Source: Blepharisma stoltei ATCC 30299 (taxonomy: Eukaryota > Protista > Ciliophora). Taken from it: DNA of 64,000 nt. A program made the translations under genes and the position numbers. The DNA lies in the NCBI GenBank assembly GCA_965603825.1, contig CBFDEM010000021.1, forward strand, positions 372,001 to 436,000. The letters are read 5' to 3'. Positions 52,829 to 64,000 of the stretch are shown piece after piece (position 1 is the stretch's first letter; every line of letters starts with the position of its first letter). The notes beneath the pieces are model-generated. The model was not told the origin of the DNA, searched no databases, and saw only the letters and a program-made list of their open reading frames with translations.

Positions 52829-54358
52829 TTACATTAAGCGGCACATTTCACAAGCAACTCCTTTTGATTCTTCAAAATATACTATTTCAGGGCTCAATTG
52901 AAATCTCGGGGCATAATACTTTTTATCCTGCTCGAGTCGATTGAGGATTTTTTTGCGATATGCTGCAGTTTTAATTTTTAGATCTTTTTCAAGAATTTCA
53001 TGTGTCATTTGCCTATGTGTGAACATCATCAGCATCATGCTTTCATAGTCGTCGTAGCCAGAGTCAATAAAATTTTCTAGCAAAAATCCTAAGCTCATTG
53101 TGTCAAGCCATTCTTTTATTGTTGGCGGACTATAAATTCCAGCTGTAGCTCCATCAGGCGTTGTGCAGCACTTCAAAACTCCCTTATTTCCTGCTCACTC
53201 TGCTGATTGGGGTTTTCTATAAGGGTTAATGCGAAAGAGGCCTGCTTCCTCTTCGAGCTTCATTAGAATCCTCCTATAATGGCCTGGCTTCGCAATTCCA
53301 ATTGAAGCGAGATGCTGCTCAGTTATAGGCATTGGAGTCAGCATTTGAGCGGACATTGACTGTACATCATCGTATCCAGCAGATACCATGATTTCGTACA
53401 AATCTGAGAGATCCAATTTGTCCAGCCAGTTAAAAAGAGGCTTCAACTCATAGTCTTTATTTACTCTATGACTTTTGGTACTGCTCTGGACAGTGGTATC
53501 GTGATAAGAGTTATTTTTCGTCTCTTGGCCTTTATCTTTCCCAAAAGTGTCTAAAACTTGGCCTTGAGTATTGGTTTTATCATTGACTCCAAAATCGCTA
53601 AAATCATAAGAAGCGACTTCACTAATTGGACTAAGTGCTCCTTGAGAAGAAGGGCTCATAAATACGCTGTTAGGACTCAAAAATACAGCGCTTTGTTCTT
53701 CAGTGTGCTCTTCAGTTTGATCTGTATTACACGACTTTCTGTTTAAAATTTCAAATATTTTCCCATCATTGGTAAGATCGTAGGCAGATTTTCCTTGTTT
53801 GTCCCTAATAGAAGGGTCAGCTCCATGAATAATCATAATTTTGACACAATCCAAATACCCGCAGTCAACTGCGTAATGAAGCGGAGTTCTCCCGAACTAG
53901 ATAGAAATTACCATATAATTTGGCAAGTTGGGGTCTGCTCCGAATTCAAGCAAGAGCTTGATCATTTTCGCATCTCCTCTGAACGCAGAATGATGAAGCG
54001 GACTATCACCATCATTTTGCTGAAAATTGGGATTGGCTCGATTTGCAAGCAATAATTCTGCCATTTGATATTGGCTGTTATCTGCAGCCTGATGCAGAGG
54101 GGTTTCTCCTAGATTATTCGAAATATTTGGGTCTGCACCCTTGCTTAATAGATATTCAGAGGCTTCGTAGTGCCCACATATTACACTTCTATATAAAGGA
54201 GCCCATCCTAACTGCATATTTCTTACACCTGCATCTTTCTCGTTGATTTTTTGTGGCTGAGCTTCATATGCAAATTGAATTGCGTGGAGATCGCCGATCC
54301 TGCAAGCTCTGTGAAGGTCCATTGCTTGCGGTTCATAGTTGATTTCGGCATGACTCAT
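52829..54358 (-). CDS. Ankyrin-repeat plus tandem SAM-domain protein with a C-terminal CaaX box (about 499 aa, 2 introns)
   Basis: GETPLHQAA, GDSPLHHSA and GRTPLHYAV ankyrin repeats; two SAM domains (WL..L.L..Y...GYDD...IGI.KPGH.RRIL); ends CEMCRLM. Confidence 0.9.
53897..53911 (-). other. 15-nt intron
   Basis: GTAATTTCTATCTAG; removal gives NYM-FGRTPLH ankyrin spacing. Confidence 0.9.
54212..54226 (-). other. 15-nt intron (in-frame, stop-free)
   Basis: GTAAGAAATATGCAG; removal gives INEKDAG-LGWAPL, normal ankyrin hairpin spacing. Confidence 0.75.
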
Positions 54359-54405
54359 TTAAGACAGTTCAATAAAATGTAATAAGATCTCATTTGAGTA
54401 ATAAT

Positions 54406-55773
54406 ATGGCTATGTCAATTGCACCATCAGGCCCTCCAAAAAAGCGAGGAAGTGCTGGAAGCGTTTACAGGATGGCAGGCAGAAGAACTTCAGGCTTTGC
54501 TGGCTTTTCTCGCAAGAACAAGAACTCAAAAGCTCAGCAGGAATCAGAGGAGTTTATCTATAAAAGAAGAAAAATCGATGCAAGCCCATTTGATATTTTG
54601 ACCACTGGAGAAAAAGCTGACATTTTCAGAGATCTTATTGACATAGAAAGCGAACTTGACATGCAAATAGTCGAAGAAAGGAAAAGAATGCAGCAATTGC
54701 TGACTATGCCAGCACAAATGCTTAAGGGTGTGCTTAGAGTCCATATCTATAACACAAGTTCAAAACAGCAGGGAAGAGAGGATCAGCCAGCTTGAAATCT
54801 CAGGCTTCAGGGAAGACTGATTTCTCCAGATCTTCGAGGACTCTACGGTAAGCCCAACGCTCTTCCTGGCTACGTTCCAAAATTTTCCTCATTTTTCAAG
54901 ATGATCCAAATTTTTCTGCCAAACAACGAGAAGTTGGAGTGGCAGAAGCAGCAGCTTCCAAGAGAGACAGATGGAATTGAAATAAAAAGAGTAGGCACTG
55001 GAGATAGTGAAGTAAGAATTGTGCTTCACTTAGACAACAAGCCACCAAGGTACAAGCTTTCTGACCAGCTGGCCGAGTTCCTTGGGACAAATGAAGAGAC
55101 GCAAGAAAATATCCTTTACGCTTTATGGGAGTACATTAAAAAATACAAGCTGCAGGATTCAGAAGAAAAGCGATTTATTAATAATGATGCCGCGCTGAAT
55201 GAGATCTTCAAAGAAGAAAGAACAGACATCGCTACAATCCTCCTTAAAATCAAAAAGCATTTGGTAGAGTCTGAACCAATTGAGATAAAGCATCAATTGA
55301 AGATCGGAGGAGACTGGACTGAGACTGAGCACATTTATGACATCGCAGTTACCTTTGAAGACCCTCTCCAGTATGAAATGACTTCACTACTAAAAGAAAG
55401 CTCTTCAGTGATCTTTTCTGAAAACGCATTTACGAATTACATTCCTGCCCTCAGGTCAGCTAAGGGAATGGACATACCAAAGAACCCAATCGAGCAGCCA
55501 ATTGAAGATCTGAATAAACAAATTTCTTCTTTGAAGGACGAGCTAGACAAATACCAGAAAAGGAAGGATTTCTGCTGTGAATTCTTAAGCAATCCAAAGA
55601 ACTGTATTGAGAAGGTCATTTCTGATCAAGAGTTCCATATGCAAGTGCTGCAAAATCTTGAGAAGTATGATGAAATTAACCAGGAAATTGTAAAAGAAGA
55701 AAAATCAGCTCAATTCTATAGGCAGTATTGGGTGAAAGATCTAGTAGATAGATATGTTGAAATTAATAAGTAA
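54406..55773 (+). CDS. SMARCD: SWIB/MDM2-domain SWI/SNF subunit, BAF60/SMARCD/Snf12-like (455 aa)
   Basis: LRVHIYNT, PAW(TGA)NLRLQGRLI, KFSSFF, DGIEIKR, YKLSDQLAEFLG, ALWEYIKKYKLQD. Confidence 0.88.
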
Positions 55774-56189
55774 AGCTTATTGAGTGTTAGTAATAATGTT
55801 TTCCTTTTATAATATTATTTTCTTAACTATCAGCTCAAGTCTCTATATATTCTAGGAATTATAAATTGATTCCAGAAATCTGGAGTACTCTGTGATGATT
55901 CTTATATTGCCGTGCAAAGAATTAATTCTAATATAAGTGCAAACTCATGAATGGCTTTTTGTCTTGTGTCTAGTTCGATAATTGCTTCATATTACTAATA
56001 ACTAAATCTCTTCTCTTAATAACCCTGGCCACGTTTCAAGAGCTGTACTTTTTAAGTGCTATTTATCTTTTCAATGCAGTATAATAGATTTGAGCTCTCA
56101 TTTCAGCCGCATAAAATTCAAAGCATTCAATTAATCCGATCTTATCTGTGGTGAACCAATGTAAATATGGTTAATAATAATAATCAACT

Positions 56190-59100
56190 ATGAAGGTTGG
56201 TGAAGACATAGAAAACACTCCCTTGAAAGAGCAGAAAAAGACAGTGCAAATGAAAAAGGCCCCGTTTTCATCAATGTTTCGGTATGCTACCAAAGTTGAT
56301 TATCTATTTATCCTGATCGGTACAGGAGGAGCTATGCTTATGGGAGCAACCCAGCCGTTCTTTTTCTTTTTGATGTGCAGCATCTTTGGAGAAATGGGCC
56401 CAGACACCACTCATGAAGAGTATTACGACAACGCTGTAACTCTAACCTATGCCATTCTTGCAATTGGTGGAATTTTTACTATAGCTAGCTACTTAGCTGT
56501 TGCTAGCTACATTCATGTTGGGTCAAGGATGTCCTTTCACTATCGCATTGCTTACTTCAAAGCTGTGATGGATTGCGACCCAGAATGGTTCGACCTTAAG
56601 CAAATTTCAGAAATTCCTCAGTCAATTACCTCAGACACTTTGAAAATTGAACGAGCAACTGGTGATAAGCTGGTGATTTTGATTTTTACTGCCAGTATGA
56701 TCCTTGCCTCATTTATTCTTGCTCTTGTGCGTGGAACCCAGCTCACACTAATTTGCTTTCTTTTTGGGCCTCTGGCTGGAGGTGGAATGTATTTAACGAA
56801 CAGTGGGATGGAGCAAAGTGCCAAGGCTGCTGACACTTCATACAAGACTGCAGGAGGAATTGCAGAAGAAGCTCTTCAGGAGGTTAAAACTGTCAGCGTC
56901 CTCAATGGGCAAAAGCACGAAACGAAAAAATATTCAGAAGCTATAGAAGAGTCAAGAAAAGCCATGCTTGTGAGCGGCCTAAAAATTGGATGTGGCACAG
57001 GGATAGGAATTGCCTCATTTTTATTTTTATGTGGGGTTATTTACATTGTTGGAGCTATTGTTGTGGACAGAAATGAAGACAACTGGGCAGATGGTGAGCC
57101 CTATGATATTGGAAGAGTAATGATGGTCATCTGGATCACAATTATGGCCTTCAATAATATAGGCACATGTGTCCCTAGTCTCAAAATCGTGCTTGATGGA
57201 AGAACTGCAGCTTATAATATTCTTCAAGTTTTGAATACGAAGAGCAGTCTTGACAATGGAAAACTTTCCACTGAAATCAAAGGCTCAATTGAGTTTACCG
57301 ATGTCAAGTTTAGCTACCCATCTTCTCCAAGCTCTGAAATCCTCAAAGGAATAAGCTTTACTCTAGAGCAAGGTCAAAGACTTGGAATTGCAGGGATGAC
57401 CGGATCAGGAAAAAGCACAATTATCCAGCTCTTATTAAGGTTTTATGAGCCAAGTTCTGGCTCTATTCTGATTGATGGGACTGATATTCGCGAATTTTCT
57501 ATTAAATACTTAAGGGAAAATATCGGACTAGTAAGTCAAGAGCCCTTGCTTTTTAATACAACCATCTATGAAAACATCAGATATGGAAAGAAAGATGCAA
57601 AAGTAAAAGAAATTGAGAAGGCGGCCAAAGAGGCTGGAATTTTAGATTTTATTGAAAATCTTCCTGATAAGTTTGATACCAGCGCAGGGGCCAAGGGATC
57701 ACAATTATCAGGAGGGCAAAAACAAAGAATCGCAATTGCTAGAGCAATCATTCGTGACCCAAAAATTTTATTATTAGATGAAGCTACAAGTGCATTAGAC
57801 AGAACCACAGAAATTTCTGTCATGGAGGCTTTAGATAGATCGTTAGGAAATTGCACAAGGCTAACTGTTGCACAGAACCTCCTAACGATTAAAAACTCTA
57901 CATTCATCTTAATGATGGAGCAAGGAAAAGTCGAAGAGTTTGGAAGCCATAGGGATTTGATGAAAAACAAAGGAAAATATTACCATTTGGTTAAGATGCA
58001 GAGAATTCATGAAAAAAATATTGACGAAAATGAAATAAACCCCATCATTGAGCTCGCAGACTTTAAACCTGAAGAAGCAGCAAAAAATAGCAAAGATGAT
58101 GAAGAAAAGAAGGCAGTACGCAAAAAAATGCTTAAAATGGGACGCTCTGAGTGGGGATGGCTTGCTTTAGGAGTGCTTGGATCAATTTTGGTAGGATGCG
58201 CTTATCCAATTGTGGGCACAATGACTGGTCAGGAAATTGAAACTATTGCTTATGAGCACTCAGATATGGTTGAGAAGAGCACACTTTATGGTGGGATGAT
58301 CTTTTTGTTAAGCGGAATTGTATTTTTCGGGCTATTGATGCAAAGCGTTAGCTACCCGAAAATGACTTCGAACATTACTGCACGAATGCGAGACATGAGT
58401 TTCCGAGCAATGCTCTCGTATGAAGCTGCATTTTTTGACTTACCAGAAAATAATTGCAGTGTTCTTTCATCTCGACTAAGTAACGATTGCGAAAGAGTTA
58501 ATGGGCTCGGTGGCAGCGTGCTAGGAATCACAGTTGGCATTGTGACTTCATTAGCAGTTGCACATGGAGTTGGTGCTTATTTCTCTTGAAGATTAACACT
58601 TGTGATTCTGGCAACAGTGCCTTTAATTATTTTTGCTACTTCATCAACATATATGGCGCAATTTGTCGGCCTGGTGAAGTTCGATTTCGAATCATGCGCC
58701 TCATATGCTGCTGATGCTATTCTCAATATAAAAACTGTTAAGGCTTTCAATTTAGAAGATATAATGTTTGAAAGATACATTGAGCCTGTCAAAGCAGCAT
58801 CGGCAGCAATCAAAACTAAAGCCCATGTTTCAGGGCTTTCATATGGTTTAGGTTTTGGCCTTGTTTTTATGGCCCAAGGGCTAATATTCTGGTATGGAGC
58901 AAAGTTAGTAAAAGACAATACAAATAGTTTTGGAGACATGTCGACTGCAATGATCACAGCAATGAATGCGTCTGCAGCATTCTTTTTAGCAGGAATTTAT
59001 GCTCCAGATGTAAAAAATGGGGTGGAAGCGGCGAAAAGACTCTTTAAAATCCTCGAGTATACTCCATCCATCGATGTTGGAAGCAAAGAAGGCACTAAAA

Positions 59101-59828
59101 AACCAATTGAAGGCAAAATTGAGTTCAGCAATGTAACATTCAGCTATCCAAATAGAAATTATCAAGCACTCAAAGAGGTCAGCTTCACTGTAAACCCAGG
59201 AACTCATTTCGCCATTATAGGCAGAACTGGATCTGGCAAGACAACAGTTGTTCAGCTTATTCTTAGACTCTATGACCCATCAGTTGGAACCGTATTTATT
59301 GATAATATTGATGTAAAAAGCTTGAACCTAAAAGACTTCCGAAAACAAATAGGAATCGTCAGCCAGGAGCCTGTCCTTTTTTCAGGGACAATTGCCGAAA
59401 ACATTGCCTATGGAATCAAAGCATCTGATGAGCACGTCAAAGAGGCAGCTGAAAAAGCTCAAGCAGTGGAATTTATCTCAACAAAGCCTGATGGCTTTGA
59501 TTATCAAGTTGGAATCAAAGGATCAAAGCTGAGTGGAGGCCAAAAACAAAGGATTGCAATTGCTAGAGCAATCATCCGAAACCCCAAACTCTTAATCCTG
59601 GACGAAGCTACAAGTGCTTTAGACTCTGGGACCGAAACTGAGCTTCTTGAAGCTCTTAAAGAACTGATGAAAGAAAGAACTTGCATAACGATTGCACATA
59701 GACTTAAGACTATCTCAGATGCTGATATCATCATGGTCCTGGACTCCGGAAAAGTGATCGAGTTTGGATCTAGAGATGATCTAATGAGTCAGGGCGGTTA
59801 TTTTTATAATATGATCAGCAATCTTTAA
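56190..59828 (+). CDS. ABCB1: Full-length ABCB/MDR (P-glycoprotein-like) transporter, TMD-NBD-TMD-NBD (1212 aa)
   Basis: Two Walker A (GSGKST, GSGKTT), two LSGGQKQRIAIARA, two LDEATSALD; halves joined by TGA(Trp) in SW-RLTLV. Confidence 0.95.
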
Positions 59829-59916
59829 AGCTTGTGAGTCAAGCTGTTCACGATTAAAACCGACAATTGAAGTAATTCAGTTCAGTATTTAATTAATATA
59901 CAGCTTTCACTTTTAT

Positions 59917-60837
59917 TTAATTTATTGTAAAGTCTAGAATCATTTGATCAAGCTCGGACTTGCGATCATCGATGTGCTGCATAAATTTAGTGGTCTCTGA
60001 TTTAGTTTTTTCCAGTTCTTCTACTCCATTTTTTATTTTCTCCTCAGTTTCTTTCAGCACCTTCAACTGTTCTTGGCTTAGCTCGAATGAATGCTTTTTT
60101 CTTATTTCATCAAGCATGCACTCTCACTGTTCTTTTATAGATTTGCTTTGATTCTCTAATTCCAGCTGCTTTGCTACTATCAATTCTTTAGTTTCTTCTT
60201 CATATTTCTTTATTTGCTCTAACTTTTCTTTTAAAAATACTTGATGCTGTGATACTTTTCCCTGCTCCACAGCTAGACTTTTCTCGGCATCTCTAAGAAG
60301 ATTTTCTTTAGTACTAATTGCTTCCTCTTTTTCTTTAATCATCATCTGAATTTGTGCTATTGCTGACTCTTTATTATTAATCTCGCTGATTTTGGCTTGA
60401 AGTTCCTTTTTCTCCTGTAGGATTTCTTCTTGCTCTTTTTGAATGCTCTGTTTGGATGCACTTAGTTCTGCTTTTTCTCTTTGCACTTCATATTGAAACT
60501 TAGCTTGTTCATTCTATGTAAGATTTACTTCAAATAATATTTTTTCTCTGAAAAGTTCCTCATTTTCCTTTTGCAATTTAAGCCTTGCCTCCTCAAACTC
60601 TTCTTTGATTTCGCTTTCGTAACTCTTGAGTTTTTCTTCTCTCTCTTTTAAAATAATTTCTCGCTTTAATGCTAGTTCAGATGCTGTATTCATTTCCTTT
60701 ATATTTTGCGAAATAGCATCTTGAAGTTGCAAAGGTTGAGACTTGAAATCTGTTAAATGCTCTTCAGGAGCAATAGGTTTAAACCTAAATGGGTATTCTG
60801 CTATTGCAAGTGAAATCAATAAAAGGAGTAACTTCAT
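59917..60837 (-). CDS. Secreted long coiled-coil protein (about 301 aa, 1 intron)
   Basis: Signal peptide MKLLLLLISLAIA; E/K/Q heptads; intron at 60514-60528; TGA(Trp) at 60124. Confidence 0.8.
60514..60528 (-). other. 15-nt intron
   Basis: GTAAATCTTACATAG; removes an in-frame TAG. Confidence 0.85.
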
Positions 60838-61045
60838 TTTAAATTTTAAGTTTAACTGACGATCAAAAAGATCATATTTACTAGCTTCTTCAAATATAAA
60901 TCTAGCTAAAACTTCAAGATAATTAATCCTTGGATATACGCTTATGGCTATCTCACTCCGCTAAGAATTCGATTGCGATCCTATAGAAACCATTTAAAGA
61001 TATTTTGGAAAATAAACTTAAGCTGATTCTAGATATTTCAAAAAA

Positions 61046-62551
61046 ATGGGATGTGTAAAAAGCAAGGATCCAATTTCAAGTAACAGAAGAGTATCAGTTG
61101 CTGGTGATGTTATCAAAAACCCATCTTTCAATGGTCCAGTCATCCGCTCTGTGACGCAATTACGAATTCACCCTCGCACATTCTTAAAACTGAAATTTGG
61201 AGGACTTTCTAGTGATTATGAGCTATTAGAAATCATCGGAGAAGGCACTTTTGCTGAAGTGAAGAAATGCTATCACAATCCCTCTCGCAGTTTTAGAGCT
61301 CTTAAGAGGATAAACAAAACAGGGCTTCATATTGACCAGTTAGGTGGAAAGCTCCACCTAAAAGAAATGGCGATTCTTCGAGAGCTGGATCATCCCAACG
61401 TTCTTAAATGCTTTGAGTTCTTTGAAGATGATAAAAATTTTTACATTGTCATGGAATATTGTGGAGGTGGTGAACTCTTCAAAAAGATCCTAGATATTAA
61501 ACGATTTTCTGAAAATGAGGCTGCTGATATCATGTCTCAGTTACTGTCGTGTGTTGCTTACTGTCACAGCAAAAGAATTGTTCATCGTGATTTAAAGCCT
61601 GAAAATATATTGGTGGAAGAAGAAGGGTCATTTAATATAAAAATTGCAGACTTCGGAAGTAGCTGCATGTATGACTCAAATAGAGTTATGTCTAAGTGTT
61701 TTGGGTCTGCTTATTATATAGCCCCGGAAGTAATCCGAGGACATTACACTGAGCTGTGCGATGAATGAAGTTGTGGAGTTATCATGTATATATTATTAAC
61801 TGGAAAACCCCCTTACAGTGGGAAAAATGAAACTGAAATCTTGGAGCAGATAAAAACTAGTCCTCTTAAAATATCCCAAGAAAACCTATCTGGACTCTCT
61901 GAAGCCTGTGTGCATCTTATCACTCAACTTTTGCAGGTAGATCCTGACTCAAGAATCCCAGCAAAAGATGCCTTAATTCACCCTTGGATCCAAAGAAGCA
62001 GAAGGGCTCGCACAGCTCCAAATCTAAGCAAAGCTTTAAACGAGCTGAGAACCTTCCAGAGAACTACCAAGCTGAAAGAAGCTATAAGAGTTCACTTGTC
62101 AAGCCAAATTATTTCTCAAGAAGATGCCCAAGAATTAAAGCAGTCTTTTCATGCTCTTGACAAAAATGGCGATGGAAAAATAACTAAAGAAGAGCTGAGC
62201 GAAATCTATAAAATGTCACTTGGACAAGACGAAGCCGTTAAAGAAGCAGAAAGAATCATGGATGAAATAGATAGAGATAGGAATGGGTATATAGATTATT
62301 CAGAATTCTTACAAATATGTCTTCAAGAAAATCGACACTTAAGTAAGGAAAATCTTATTCAATCGTTTAAAGTTTTTGATGCGGATAGTGATGGAAAGAT
62401 CTCTGCTGAAGAGCTGAAGAATGTCCTCGAAACCGATGAATTGGCAGCTGACCATGTGTGGAGTGATCTAATAAAGGAAGCAGATACAAACGGAGATGGG
62501 GTTATTGACCTTAAGGAGTTTATCTCATTAATGAGCAAAAAACTCAGATAA
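61046..62551 (+). CDS. CDPK: Calcium-dependent protein kinase (kinase plus 4 EF-hands, 501 aa)
   Basis: MGC acylation motif, GEGTFAEV, HRDLKPEN, DFG, APE, DEW(TGA)SCGV; EF loops DKNGDGKI, DRDRNGYI, DADSDGKI, DTNGDGVI. Confidence 0.96.
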
Positions 62552-62811
62552 AGATTTAAATTTAAAATGTGATTTTAAATTAAACTCTTTACATAAAGTG
62601 TTTCAATTATCATTAAAAAACATAATGAGCACCAAGATTCAAGACCATAGAAACATATATATAATATATATTAATCTTGCTGATTAAAATAATCCTAAAT
62701 GGTTATATATTTGAAATAATTGCATAAAATCTCTAAAAAAAAAATTTCTGATATTATAAAAGTCGTAAAAAACCAGATTTTTGTACATGTTTATTAAGTA
62801 AGTTCTTAAGT

Positions 62812-64000
62812 ATGGAGAAGCCAAGTGAAAATGATTGTAGTCAAGCTGAAGAAGATGGAGAGGATCTGCATAGCTTAGTTGTAAGTCATACAGACAACAG
62901 GAATGAAGTTGTGGAAGTCTCGCCAAAAGGACGCTTTTTTAGGGTATAATCTATTTAGTTCAATGACGAACTCGGCTCTGGAGCTTTTAAAGTGGTTTAT
63001 CGAGGTCTAGATAATGACAATGGGTGTGAAGTTGCCTGAAATACCATCAGCTTAAAAAATCTCCCTGAAAGCGACCGAGTTCATATTGCCGAAGAAGTCA
63101 AGCTGAATCGAAGGTTAAATCATCCGAACATAGTCCACTTTATCGCTGCCTGGACAAATCCAAACAAAGAAGAACTTGTCTTAATAACTGAATTGATCAC
63201 TGGAGGCTCTCTGAAGCAGTACCTCAAAAAAATCCGCCACCCAAGACTTAAAGTTATCAAGCATTGATGCAAGGGAATTTTGCAAGGCCTGCAATACCTT
63301 CATTCTCAGAAAATAATTCATCGAGATCTGAAGTGTGACAACATCTTTATTATGTCGAACACTGGGGATGTAAAAATTGGCGATTTTGGTCTATCGACAA
63401 TTATGAGGAATCAGCTGCAGACTTCAGTTCTAGGAACACCAGAATATATGGCTCCAGAAATCTACGAAGGAAGCTATGATACCAAAGTAGACGTCTTCTC
63501 GTTTGGCATGTGCGTGCTGGAAATGTGCACCTTATCGCCTCCTTATAGAGAGTGCCAGTCACAAGCGGCAATATACAAAAAGGTTCTGAACCGGCTACTC
63601 CCTGACTCAATACAGACAATCCAAAATGAAGAAGTTAGGAACTTTATTTGTTTATGCTTAGAATTAGTAGAGACTAGGCCAACAGTAGATGAACTTCTGA
63701 AGCATGAGTTCTTGGTAATGGACGAAAAAGACCCCAACAACCACCAGCCTGTTCCTTTAATCAGCTTAAGTGATGTGAGTCCAAATTCTTTGTCTATGGT
63801 TTCGTCTCCCAAATCAGCGGAAAACGCTCAAATAGAGAGCTCTTTAATTATAAAAGATAATCTTGGGATCCTCAGGCAAGTCAGCTTCACTTTTGATTTT
63901 GCCTCTGACACTCCTGAAAAAGTGGCAGAAGAAATGGTGCAGGAACTTGATTTAGATCCTGCTCTCGTGATCCCAATAGCTAATGAAATAGAAATGCTCG
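62812..64000 (+). CDS. WNK: WNK-family Ser/Thr kinase (partial, runs off the window end; absent from the ORF track)
   Basis: SPKGRFFR|FNDELGSGAFKVVYRG, EVAW(TGA)N, IIHRDLKCDNIF, VKIGDFG, GTPEYMAPE, C-terminal FTFDFASDTPEKVAEEMV; intron at 62944-62958. Confidence 0.93.
62944..62958 (+). other. 15-nt intron
   Basis: GTATAATCTATTTAG; removal restores WNK subdomain I spacing. Confidence 0.9.

Overview
AT-rich, gene-dense eukaryotic nuclear DNA, most consistent with the macronuclear genome of a heterotrich ciliate such as Blepharisma. In-frame TGA falls at conserved Trp positions, TAA and TAG are the only stops, and all 12 introns I found are 15 nt long (GTA-N6-A-NN-YAG). The supplied ORF track treats TGA as stop and ignores introns, so it fragments or misses many genes. 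Re-reading with TGA=Trp gives about 30 genes, including UBC4 plus two Cys->Ser E2 variants, a DEAD-box helicase, ARF, ICMT, an RPA43-like subunit, HID1, DNAJC21, NDUFA12, an NAAA/acid ceramidase, an MFS transporter, an ANK-SAM protein, a SWIB/BAF60 subunit, an ABCB transporter, CDPK and WNK. The main hidden feature is one uninterrupted 23.8-kb reading frame (44401..20597, minus strand, 7,934 aa). It encodes a giant protein with a signal peptide and a hydrophobic C-terminal tail, and its core is about 11 degenerate tandem units of about 590 aa. Also notable are a GC-rich intergenic hairpin, a triple-HTH protein, and two divergent genes whose start codons are 10 bp apart. Family assignments come from motif recognition by eye, not database searches.
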